Source: Ylistrum balloti
Taxonomy: Eukaryota
DNA: 64,000 nucleotides
Direction of reading: 5' to 3'
Assembly: GCF_031769215.1 (NCBI RefSeq)
Contig: NW_026782275.1
Location: 496,001 to 560,000 of the forward strand
Positions 1 through 10,780 of the stretch are shown piece by piece; position 1 is the stretch's first letter; each line of letters begins with the position of its first letter. The notes under the pieces were generated by a model. It searched no databases, was not told the origin of the DNA, and was given only the letters and a program-made list of their open reading frames with translations. Made by a program: the position numbers and the translations under genes.

Positions 1-57
1 GGACTGCCCAGAATTGCAGCACCAAGTTTTCCCTGACTGGCATACTGACCATCAACA
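1..57 (-). CDS. FKBP15: FKBP15 coding exon 4 (partial, runs off window start): (Y)VDGQYASQGKLGAAILGS
   Basis: Acceptor ttttcacAG at 58-59 on the minus strand. Phase fits exon 3 (TA|T = Tyr). Peptide resembles human FKBP15 YTNGQYVKQGKFGAAVLGN as recalled. Confidence 0.88.
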
Positions 58-367
58 CTGTGAAAATTAAAACATACAATATACAGAATAGCACATAGAA
101 ACAACATATATCTGCAGTAGACTTTGAAATGTTCTCAGATTCATTATATTTTCCTGATAGTACCTTACAGCAATTACGATTATTATTACGACTAACCTTG
201 GTCCTCAAGTCAAATTGCATCTGGTCATAGCCTTTAAAATCAGGGTGACAGGGTGTTTTAAAGGGTCATCACGTAAAACAAATGCCTTAAAACACATTCT
301 GTTGTACAATTATCACATTTAACTGATGTTCAATGTTATGTCTGAACATTATTTGACTCTATAAGAT

Positions 368-1043
368 AAACAAGAGATCCTAGAGGGATCTTGGCATCCA
401 CCATTGTTTGATCTTTATTTGCTCTTTGAAAGTTGGATCTTTTCTCTTCTCTTTTTTTGCTCTTTGCAGAAATAAATGATAATCTTTACCTGCCAAATAA
501 AAAACCTGAAAGCCATTTTGTTCCTTCTGATCAGTCCCAAAAGCATACAAGCACAAGGAGAGATCAAAGGGAACATTTGTATGGAATTTGAGAGATATCC
601 ATACAGGACTTCTTCAGAAATAGCAATAACAATTTCTACTAGGCAAAACCTAAGATGGCTTCCTGTTGGACCTAAAGAACCCTATACATGAAATTGGAGG
701 AAGATCTATACAGTAGTTATCAAGAAATAGTGATAACAAACTTTCAAAGTCAAAATCCAAGATGGCCACCTTTCCGCCATTTCACTTTTCTGATCAGACC
801 AAATTAAATGGGCACAATTAAGGACAAAGGGGAACTTACATATGAAATTTGAGAGAGGTCAATCCAATACCTCTGAAGAAATAACGATAACACACTTGAA
901 AGGTCAAAATCAAAGATGGCCACCTTTCGGCCATTTTGCTTTTCTGATCAGTTCCAAAACTACATGGGCACAACAAGAGACCAAGGGAAATCTACATATG
1001 AAATTTGAGAAAGATCCATTCAGTTCTTCTCAAGAAATAGCAC
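368..1043 (-). mobile_element. Non-autonomous Helentron/DINE-like repeat with ~130-150 bp tandem cores, 3' portion
   Basis: The reverse complement matches 61590-61825 (atatctctcaaa...tgttccctttg.tctctccttgtgct...aacaaaatggctt.cagg) and carries the terminal GATCC-loop-GGATC hairpin near 370-393. Family assignment is by structural resemblance only. Confidence 0.6.
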
Positions 1044-1204
1044 AGGGGGTTTTACTGTGGGAGGGAATTGGAGGACCTAGGGAAAACCCATATGGTTGGG
1101 CAGGTGACCCCATACTTTTTCACATCCATTCTGGAAATCAAACCCTGGATGTCTAAGTGAAAGGGGAGTGCAGGGGGAGTGCATTACCACTGCGTCACCC
1201 AACT
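1044..1204 (-). mobile_element. tRNA-derived SINE, 5' part with V/Meta-type central domain
   Basis: Minus strand reads an A-box-like gggtgacgcagtggt, a B-box-like gggtttgatttcc, then gggttttccctaggtcctccaattccctcccacag, similar to the GGGTTTYCTCCGGGTRCTCCGGTTTCCTCCCACA core of V/Meta SINEs. Confidence 0.6.
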
Positions 1205-1508
1205 ACTCTTTGAGCAGGTCATGATATAACCAACATCAGGCTGATCTGAAGAAATCAGATAAGTTGGCGACTCTACACATGACAAATCAAGGCAATGCTG
1301 TTTGGATTTATCTATAATTGTATACTTTGTCTCCATTTCTGTTTCAGTACTTTAGAAGACTGGAGAATTGGAATAAATACATGTATGTACCTATAAATGA
1401 AGTATCTAATGACAGCTCTTCAAAGTCACTGTGTTTGAACTACCTAGATTTACATTAACTAACTACAGTGTATTTGTATAATAGTTATATCTGATATAAC
1501 ATACTGAC

Positions 1509-1578
1509 TATTTGTATGCATGAACTGCTGTGGCGAAGGTGACGGCAGCTGGAGCACCACCTGACTGATTCGGAGCTT
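1509..1578 (-). CDS. FKBP15: FKBP15 coding exon 3: (E)APNQSGGAPAAVTFATAVHAYK(Y)
   Basis: tttcAG acceptor and GTcagt donor; 70 nt, phase 1 to phase 2. ATAVHAY matches human FKBP15 VATAVHAYRY. Confidence 0.9.
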
Positions 1579-2190
1579 CTGAAACATGTATATGAAACGC
1601 TACCTTAGTTGTCAAGTCAGAGTTAAAATGTTGTAAAAACAAGGATCAATCCAAGATCCACAAATATAGCAAAGAAAAAAATCACTCCATTCTGATATCC
1701 TAAGATATATATTTCCACAATTATTGATCATCCAATCTTGAAATGGAGAGGAAGGAATGTATGGTTTTATCACAGGAGTCCTATCTTTATGGATTTTGTT
1801 TCTTTTAGGTTGCACATATTTTTACCACAAAGGATGTCCTGTGTCACCTTTATTTAACATATTAACATCATTTATCTGACAGCATTTACTTTAAGTTTAC
1901 TGATAAATAGTGCTAAGAACTTCAAAATTTCCATATAAAATTATCTTTTCATTTCATGAACTAAAGATTGTTTTTTTTTTTGAGAAATAAAAATAACAAA
2001 TGTTTAATGTCAAATTCTTAAAAACACTAAAATGACTTCTAACCGCCATTCATCTCTTACCAGGCTCAAAATGAAGCTTGCACAACTAAGTATAAAGAAC
2101 ACATAAAAGAGGCTAAATTCCAAAAAGACAGGAAAACATAAACTATTTGGTTACAAAACCAATACAACAATAAATGTCATATATAATTAC

Positions 2191-2288
2191 CCTTTTTCCT
2201 GGGTTGTTTTGGAGCGGTGTATTTCAATGATTCATTTCCACCTTGATTACTAGCTTTGTCCACACCAAACAGAGATGCCAGCTTTGAC
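2191..2288 (-). CDS. FKBP15: FKBP15 coding exon 2: (G)SKLASLFGVDKASNQGGNESLKYTAPKQPRKK
   Basis: tatacAG acceptor and GTaatt donor; 98 nt, phase 2 to phase 1. Matches human ARLASLFGLDQ...NEFFQYTAPKQPKK. Confidence 0.92.
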
Positions 2289-3235
2289 CTGTATAAATCA
2301 AATTGTTTACAATACAGATTCTTCATTCATACCTGTCAATTAACATATAATATTCATGGGGGAAAATGTATTGTTGAAAGTTGTCATTTTTCAACTCAAG
2401 TGTTATTTCAAAACAGTGAAGAGGATAAAATGTTGTTGATAAATCAATTATTATTTAAAAATTCAGGGGATAAATTCAATTATTTAGCAAGTAGTAAATC
2501 AGTCATCCAACAGATAACTTTTACAGATTAATAAGTAAACTTATATACTATGTGCAAGAGGAATGGTAAAAATGCCTGCATCCATTCATTCCTTTTCGGA
2601 ACCTATTTTATCTTCATATATTTTTTGTCAAACCTACTCTAAAGACACCAAAGTTATAATATTTAATAATGTTAATATCAAGGACGTCTTCTAAGCCCAT
2701 ATTGCCTACATAAATTATGTTCCACACTTCATAGTAGAAATAAGGCATTCTGTATGTGAAATGTAGTTATACTACTAAAATAGCAGTAAACATTTTGTAT
2801 ACGCGGTTACTGCAATTAATAAATATATTTCACATATAGAACGTCCGATTCCGGAAGTTTTATACAGAGTGAGAACATCCTTGGATTTCCGAGGGTGTTT
2901 AAGAACGCCAACGAATTTTCTGATATTGGTGTACAGGTAAATAATAAAGTTAATTTTATAAATAACCCGGCATAATCTGTTGTACACATTCATCAAAAGC
3001 TGTGCAACAATCAAAATAATTTAGATTAAGTTCATATTATGGAAAAACGAGTGATATTTTAACATTTAAGTAATCGCATGTCCAACAGAATTATGTGTAT
3101 CACAGAATAATGATCATGGGATCCAAAATACCACACCCCCTTATTCAGTGATTTGCACCATTTATCCTGAGTGTTGTTAACTTCCTTGAAAGCTACGGTG
3201 ATTTGAAAAAGAAAGACGAATGCAAGCAAACTAAC

Positions 3236-3288
3236 CCTCCTGATGACGACAGAAAGTCTTGTTCATCATCATCTGCATTGAAAAACAT
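3236..3288 (-). CDS. FKBP15: FKBP15 first coding exon: MFFNADDDEQDFLSSSG(G)
   Basis: ATG at 3288, donor GTtagt at 3235; 53 nt, phase 2, joins exon 2 in frame. Matches human MFGAGDEDDTDFLSPSGG. Confidence 0.88.
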
Positions 3289-3664
3289 CTTGAAACATTT
3301 GTAACGTTACTGATGCAGTTTTTCTCCCGGAAGTCATGAGATGACATGCAAAGCTAGCCTTTTTCTGTAATTCGAATGTTTATAAAGTATTTATATTTGT
3401 TCAGTATTTTATACTATAATTCTATATAGAATTCGTTTTCTTATTTAACAATATAATCTAACTTCATTTCCTGAAAATGTATGAAAGATTCCGAGCTTAT
3501 ACGAAACTAAATATTCGGTTGGCACCAAACTTTAACTTCTTTACCGAAGAGTTCAGTGTTTACGTACCGAAGAGGTAAATGTCACGATGACTGTCGATGC
3601 GTGAAACCCATATGGAAACAGCCAAAAAGGAGTTTGAATAGGAATATTGAGCCTTGCTGTTGAC
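3289..3664. promoter_or_regulatory. Putative bidirectional FKBP15/CTR1 promoter plus candidate non-coding CTR1 exon 1
   Basis: Locally CpG-richer sequence; ETS-type CCGGAAGT at 3327-3334; strong plus-strand donor GAC|GTAAGT at 3664/3665. The CTR1 ATG exon (starting 18201) is preceded by an acceptor, so an upstream UTR exon is required. Confidence 0.55.
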
Positions 3665-6600
3665 GTAAGTATGTATTAATGTTAAACTAGAATGATGCAT
3701 TTGTTCTAATATCGAAAACGGTTGTACAAAGCAGAGTACCTACTTATCCATATCAGATACGCCAGGGTTCTATTACGTATACACACTTGTAACTCAGCCT
3801 CACAGGTCAACAATCGAACCCTACTATTGACCTGTTGACAGCTAAATGCTACATTGTAAAACATATATACTATAGGTATGACAGTACATGAGATGACATA
3901 CTCGAGTACAGTGCGTGAGGAGGTCAGTGGTTATTCTCGGAACTGCGTACCCTTTCAATTAAATTGACACGTTGCCTATGACTTGTATGGTAGAAGCATT
4001 CAGACCAGAAGAGAAGAGCATAAAACATATGAAATGACTGAAAGTTATGCTACTACCACCACTACAACTAGTACTTCTGTCACTACATCTAGCCTATCAT
4101 AAATAATGAAAAATAAGAAAATATTGGCATATTAATAGAATCTTAATTGAAACACAAGATGTAGGAAAAGTAGGAAAAAAGAAAGATTTACATGGAGACT
4201 CGAAAAAAGTACAAGGAGAATAAGACAGGATGTTATACAAGTGTAAGTGTCTAATTCTACTTCATTGACAACACCCACTCCATTACTCTTGGCCAATCCA
4301 AGAAAGTTAATGTCACATTCCAATTAAAAATGACGTATTTTACTTCCTTAATCTAAATTTAGAGCCAGCTTGGGTACAAGTGCCACTTGTATTCATGTAT
4401 ATGTTTTTAGTAAAGGGAATCATGATGAAATATATTGTTTTTCTTTTTCATCAAATTCTGCATCTGAGTTTGATGAGCTACATTTTCTTATAATAATGAT
4501 ATTTATGGGAAAAATTGGTCAGAAACTGCTGAGATAGCATGAGTATCCTGCAATATTAGAAGGAACTGGCTGTGTATATGTTGAAGAGCCTGTTATTGTA
4601 TACAAAATAAGTCACTGCACTTGTTAGCTACATAGAGTAGAGTCACAATGATGCAGAGAGAAATTTTCATTTACATGATAATCCAAGGATTAGGATTGGA
4701 AGCAACCTCTATGGTAGTTGGAAAGATCTTTAAACAGAAAATACAGCAATTAGGAAAGTGTCTGTATTCTTACAAAGCGAAGTTGACAAGTAATTGTCAG
4801 TTGTAAAGAACAGATTTTTTATAACTTTTGTTTTAATCCATTTTATATACATGTGAAGGATAATATGTGAATACTTTAATCATTATCACTTGTATAATAA
4901 TTAATGTGATAGTGGAGAATTCTTCTATTGCTGGTTATACAGCTTGTACAATTTTGTTGTGACCAATACTTTGGGGCAATTTTAGAGGGGACAGGGAAAA
5001 ATTGTAATGGTTAAATAACAAATCTTTTAGGTTATGTATATGCTATTTAAAACTATAACTAACAAAGTAACACATTCTTTACAAGAATATTTCGCAAAAA
5101 GGTTGTGTTTACAGCTTCTGCCATCATTTACAAACATGATTACCTCATTTTGAAAATGGTTTTGTGATTATGATCGGTCCTATATATTTAAAAGGGTTTT
5201 TGTTGTAAATTTGAGTAGTCAAACTGGACATAAGGAATGGAGTTTGAACACTGAAATAGCATTATGCCATATTTAGGAATGTAAACAATATATGTTCATT
5301 TAATTTCTTTAGAAACAGTTTCAGTTTTGGTATAACTCTAGCTTAATTTAATTATTTTATGACTGCTGAGTGAATTAAGGTGTAATGTGTTTCGTGAACT
5401 GCAAGGTAAAGCTGTGGAATGGAGTCTCAAACTATACTCTCACAGGTTCTCTTGCAAATTTACTGTCACACTGAGAACAAATCTCTAATGTTGCAAATTT
5501 GCAATTCATGTTTTTCCTATTGCTATATATATTGTTAGAGTATATGGGTCCCTTAGTCTCTGTTTAGAACTGGCTAATTATTGTGTATTCAGATAGCTTC
5601 CTTCAGTTGACTTTTTACATGAAAAGAATGTTTTTTCTTTAACTTCTTTAAAAAAATTTCATTTAATGATATATTATGGAAGGTCAGTGTTGTGCTCTCA
5701 CACTTCAATGACCAGGTTTAGCCCAATTAACTGTAATAACTGTAATAAACTAGGATAGTACTAAATATATGTATGGAAGATCCCTAGCTAGACCTGTTTT
5801 CATTACAATCTTGTCACCATTTTGTTCCAGATTAGCATACCTTGGTGCATAGTACAGCCAAAAACTTTACCTATTTGAAAAATGAAGGGGAAAAGGGGCT
5901 CTAATATAATGTAGTCACCCCAACCTTAGCTTTGACGTTGATGTTATCTGACCTTATGTTCTGAACTAGCTCAAGCAAATCTGAACCATTATCAGTTCAT
6001 ATACATGACCATATTATTTTATATTTCTGGTGGCCAAAAGGAGTAAATTTCTGTTTGTGAATTTTGGGAGCAAGTCATCTGGTAAAGGTTTATTAGCTAT
6101 ATAAGCTGAACCATATTTTTCAATTTATCTAACAGAAGTAAATTAGTATTTACATGTCATCAATAGGTAAGCTATCCTCTTTTCAAATGACTCGTGTTCA
6201 TGGATGACAAATCTTTTCAAACTCTTTAAAATCTATGGTGACAGCATGTGTTTCTGTATCTTCAACTATGCTGAGCAGGAAGTGATAAGTTAATTACTAA
6301 TTCAAGTGTCAAAATTAATTGAAAAGTAAAGGAAATAACAATGAATAAGAGTAATGATTATTCCCCCCCCCTGTTAATTGAACATACTGCTTTGCTGGTA
6401 GTAGCTCATGTATAAATACCTGAATTAATTATTAGATGGTGTGGATATCCTGTCAGCTTAGAGACCAGAAGCCATAAAAGTGGATGTAAAACCCATTAAA
6501 CAAATAGAGAGGATATCTTATGTAAAGGAGTCTTATAATTTAAAGAATGTGAAAATTGAAATCCATTCCTTGGCTGGGTGGATTAGTAAGGTATAGTTTC

Positions 6601-7890
6601 CTGACCTAAGTTGGTTACTGTGAATCGGGAGATGGCAGTGGACATTAAAGATAACACTCCATAGACTGTCTCCACAGCTGTGGTTCACATGTATAGGACC
6701 ATCTCCGGTAACCCCAGCCACAGAGTCAACTGTCAACACAACACATATACAAATGTCTTATTCAGATTCATATTAAGCTGTTATTGAAAGGATCCTTTTA
6801 AAATGTAATCTCACGAGAATGTTTGAGGACAGTATTTAGATGATTACATGATACAGATTCTTGGTAAATGATGTCCATGTGGTATACATTTACACAAACC
6901 CTGTAGGAGTCAAGAGTGACCTTCAGACTCTGATATTTGAGTCTTGAACTCATGCTCCTCCTGTGGGACTCACCTAAATTTCCAGAACTCATTAATCTCT
7001 GTTGAAATGAGAAATCATGTTTTGGACATGCCTAAAAAATCTTAGACATATTTCTGAGCCAATCTCAGAGCTTATGCGACTGATATGGTGATAACAATGA
7101 ATTTTTTGTTATTCTTTATTAAGTTAACTAATGATTTTGTTTATTAGAGTTAGAATTTTGAATTTTTTTCATTAAGTGTTAAATTCTTGTAAAGGAAGAT
7201 ATAACAGACATTTGATTTGTACAATGTCTTTCTAATGAGGAAATCTTGGTAAAAATTAGTGGGAATACCTGTATAGAATATTGAACTGACACCAGTTGTA
7301 TAGCTGGAGGACATGTCATTGGCATAACTTGGAGAATTAAAAACTATTTGTATGCTTGTAGGTTTAAAGCTGTATTGACTGTTACATAACTTATCTTTAA
7401 TTGTTATTCATGTATAGGAAGTTGTCAAATGTTACATTGACCTGGGAATGATTTGTTCAAGTTGTTTGCCTGAAGGGATACAGGTATCAGGACTTACAAG
7501 CGAAGACCCAGTTCCATAAAAAGGTTATTCTTTCCTTACTCTTTCTTAGCCTGAAGTTGTGATAACAGATAAAACATGTTTGAGCCTTAAGAACATATCT
7601 GCAGATTTCCTTTGAGGCTGTTCCTGATTTAGGAAGATGTTCCAGGCTTGAAAACATTAAAATTTTACTTTGATCTGTTAAAAACACAAAAATAGCCATG
7701 TTTTTCATTACATCTATACAGGTATATGATCACGATATACAAAATATTCAGCAAGCAAGATTGCAGAGTCATACATTTATAAAGTAAAGAAACAGTAAAA
7801 ATGAACATTCAGCCAAAGAATTTCTTAAAATTAAAAAAAGGAAATCTGTTTAGTATGTCAGTGTGAGTTGAAGTAATAATTTGATGCTCT

Positions 7891-9210
7891 ATGAGAATCA
7901 ACCTCCTTAAAGTATAGGGTCAATGAGAATCAACCTCCTTAAAGTATAGGGTCAATGAGAATCAACCTCCTTAAAGTATAGGGTCAATGAGAATCAACCT
8001 CCTTAAAGTATAGGGTCAATGAGAATCAACCTCCTTAAAGTATAGGGTCAACTAGACTCAACCTCCTTAAAGTATAGGGTCAATGAGAATCAACCTCCTT
8101 AAAGTATAGGGTCAATGAGAATCAACGTTAAAGTATAGGGTTAATGAGAATCAACCTCCTTAAAGTATAGGGTCAATGAGAATCAACCTTAAAGCACAGG
8201 GTCAATGAGAATCAATGTTAAAGTATAGGGTCAATGTGAATCAACCTCCTTAAAGTACAGGGTCAATGAGAATCAACCTCCTTAAAGTATAGGGTCAATG
8301 AGAATCAACCTCCTTAAAATATAGGGTCAATGAGAATCAACCTCCTTAAAATATAGGGTCAATGTGAATCAATGTTAAAGTATAGGGTCAATGTGAATCA
8401 ACCTCCTTAAAGTACAGGGTCAATGAGAATCAACCTCCTTAAAGTACAGGGTCAATGAGAATCAACCTCCTTAAAGTATAGGGTCAATGAGAATCAACCT
8501 CCTTAAAATATAGGGTCAATGAGAATCAACCTTAAAGTACAGGGTCAATGTGAATCAACCTCCTTAAAGTACAGGGTTAATGAGAATCAACCTCCTTAAA
8601 GTATAGGGTCAATGAGAATCAACCTCCTTAAAGTATAGGGTCAATGAGAATCAACCTCCTTAAAATATAGGGTCAATGAGAATCAACCTTAAAGTACAGG
8701 GTCAATGTGAATCAACCTCCTTAAAGTACAGGGTTAATGAGAATCAACCTCCTTAAAGTATAGGGTCAATGAGAATCAACCTCCTTAAAGTATAGGGTCA
8801 ATGAGAATCAACCTCCTTAAAGTATAGGGTCAATGTGAATCACTCTTAAATTATAGGGTCAATGAGAATCAACCTCTTTAAAGTGTAGGGTCAATGAGAA
8901 TCAACCTCCTTAAAGTATAGGGTCAATGAGAATCAACCTCCTTAAAGTATAGTGTCAATGAGAATCAAACTCCTTAAAGTGTAGGGTCAATGAGAATCAA
9001 CCTCCTTAAAGTGTAGGGTCAATGAGAATCAACCTCCTTAAAGTGTAGGGTCAATGAGAATCAACCTCCTTAAAGTATAGTGTCAATGAGAATCAAACTC
9101 CTTAAAGTATAGGGTCAATGAGAATCAACCTCCTTAAAGTATAGGGTCAATGAGAATCAACCTCCTTAAAGTATAGGGTCAATGTGAATCAACCTTAAAG
9201 TATAGGGTCA
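7891..9210. repeat. 32-bp minisatellite (atgagaatcaacctccttaaagtatagggtca)n, ~41 copies, with 29-bp variants
   Basis: Period read directly (7891, 7923, ...). Confidence 0.97.
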
Positions 9211-10062
9211 ATAATTATCCCCTAATGATTTTTATATGTTTCTCCTAATTTTCACATTTAATTTGATAATAGGCACTACTAAAGGTCTTTGACTTGATCA
9301 TGATGGTGTTTTACATGATTATACAAGTGAAAATAGTGTCTACAGTAAGAGCTGTCATCAACTTATTACACATGTATAGTAAATAGATACCAAGTGGATG
9401 ACAGTCTGGTTAGTCTATCATAAGACCTATTCATTCTTTTCATTATTCATGTAGTACGTAAATTCTTTATTAATAATACTTAATAAAGACAATTGTGTCT
9501 TTGTAAGAAACATAAAATTTTTTATATCGGCTTTTGATGGCTTTTCCATCTCGAGTGATGTGATGTGTCTGCTGTAAACAGGAGGCACGTTCTTTATTAT
9601 ATACAATGTTATATTTAGAAGTTTTATGACATAAAAGTTGACCATACATACACATATACATGGAATTGCCAATTATGTGATTGTCATATTCGATTTCACT
9701 GTGTTTAATTAAAAAGTAAAAAGATAATGTTTACATTTGATAAAACTATTATTCAGTTTTTATTTCATTACATATTTTAATAATACAATGTTGTTGTTTT
9801 TTCCTGAAATTAGAAATTTTAACCTGTGTGTTATGTTAGCCTCTACTTAGGTTTGTGACCGGAGGCGATAGACCATCCCTTCAACCAGATCACCAGTCCT
9901 ATATATTCTGTCCTATACATTCTCAGCTGTATGTAGGAAACTACATAAGTGTATACATTGGGACGAGAAACATTGATCAGTTAACCAGAGGGTGAATTCT
10001 TACTTCAAACTTATTGAATCTATTACCGGTGATTGTAGGCCAGATAGAGGGACACAGTTGAA

Positions 10063-10350
10063 TCGTGGATGAAATTGTAATAAGGTATATGTGTAGTGTA
10101 GATGAAATTGTATCAAGGTATATGTGTAGTGTAGATGAAATGGTATTAAGGTATATATGTGTAGTGTGGATGAAATTGTATTAAGGTATATGTGTAGCGT
10201 GGATGAAATTATATTAAGATATATGTGTAGTGTAGATGAAATGGTATTAAGGTATATATGTGTAGTGTGGATGAAATTGTATCAAGTTATATGTGTAGTG
10301 TGGATGAAATAGTATTAAGGTATATATGTGTAGTGTGAATGAAATTGTAT
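10063..10350. repeat. 33-35 bp tandem repeat (gtggatgaaattgtattaaggtatatgtgtagt)n, ~8 copies
   Basis: Direct inspection. Confidence 0.92.
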
Positions 10351-10657
10351 CTTTTTCTACTTTGTTTAGTGATGTTTTTCTGTTAATAAATAGATCTTTT
10401 GCACATTAATTTTGAGATGTATTTCAGTTTCATAAACTTTAATCAGGCTAAAGGGATATGTTGATTTTCATAAAATTTCCTGAAAATGTTCTTATATTAA
10501 TCAACTACCTATCCAAATTTGATTTGAAGGACAATTTGAAATTCAGTATTAGTAGACATTTAGTTCTCAACCAATGTGCTTCTGAAAAGAAAAATATCAA
10601 TTTGCAGTTATAATTGTATCAAAATCTTAGCTGCTACTAGAGGATATGATTACTTGA

Positions 10658-10780
10658 ATTTTAGCTTCTTTTTTTCAGTTATGCTATTTTAGCTTCTTTT
10701 TTTTTCAGTTATGCTATTTTAGCTTCTTTTTTTTTCAGTTATGCTATTTTAGCTTCTTTTTTTTTCAGTTATGCTATTTT
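10658..10780. repeat. ~30-bp tandem repeat (ttttagcttctttttttttcagttatgcta) x4
   Basis: Direct inspection. Confidence 0.9.

Noticed and set aside
476-1156. ORFs 476-691 and 842-1156, with similar ORFs at 60948-61250 and 61596-61880
   Set aside because: They fall inside Helentron-like tandem cores and a SINE; no protein motif recognised.
7891-9210. Tandem arrays (32, 35, 42, 56, 94 bp) as CRISPR arrays
   Set aside because: Units are head-to-tail with no unique spacers, no cas genes are present, and the context is a spliced eukaryotic genome.
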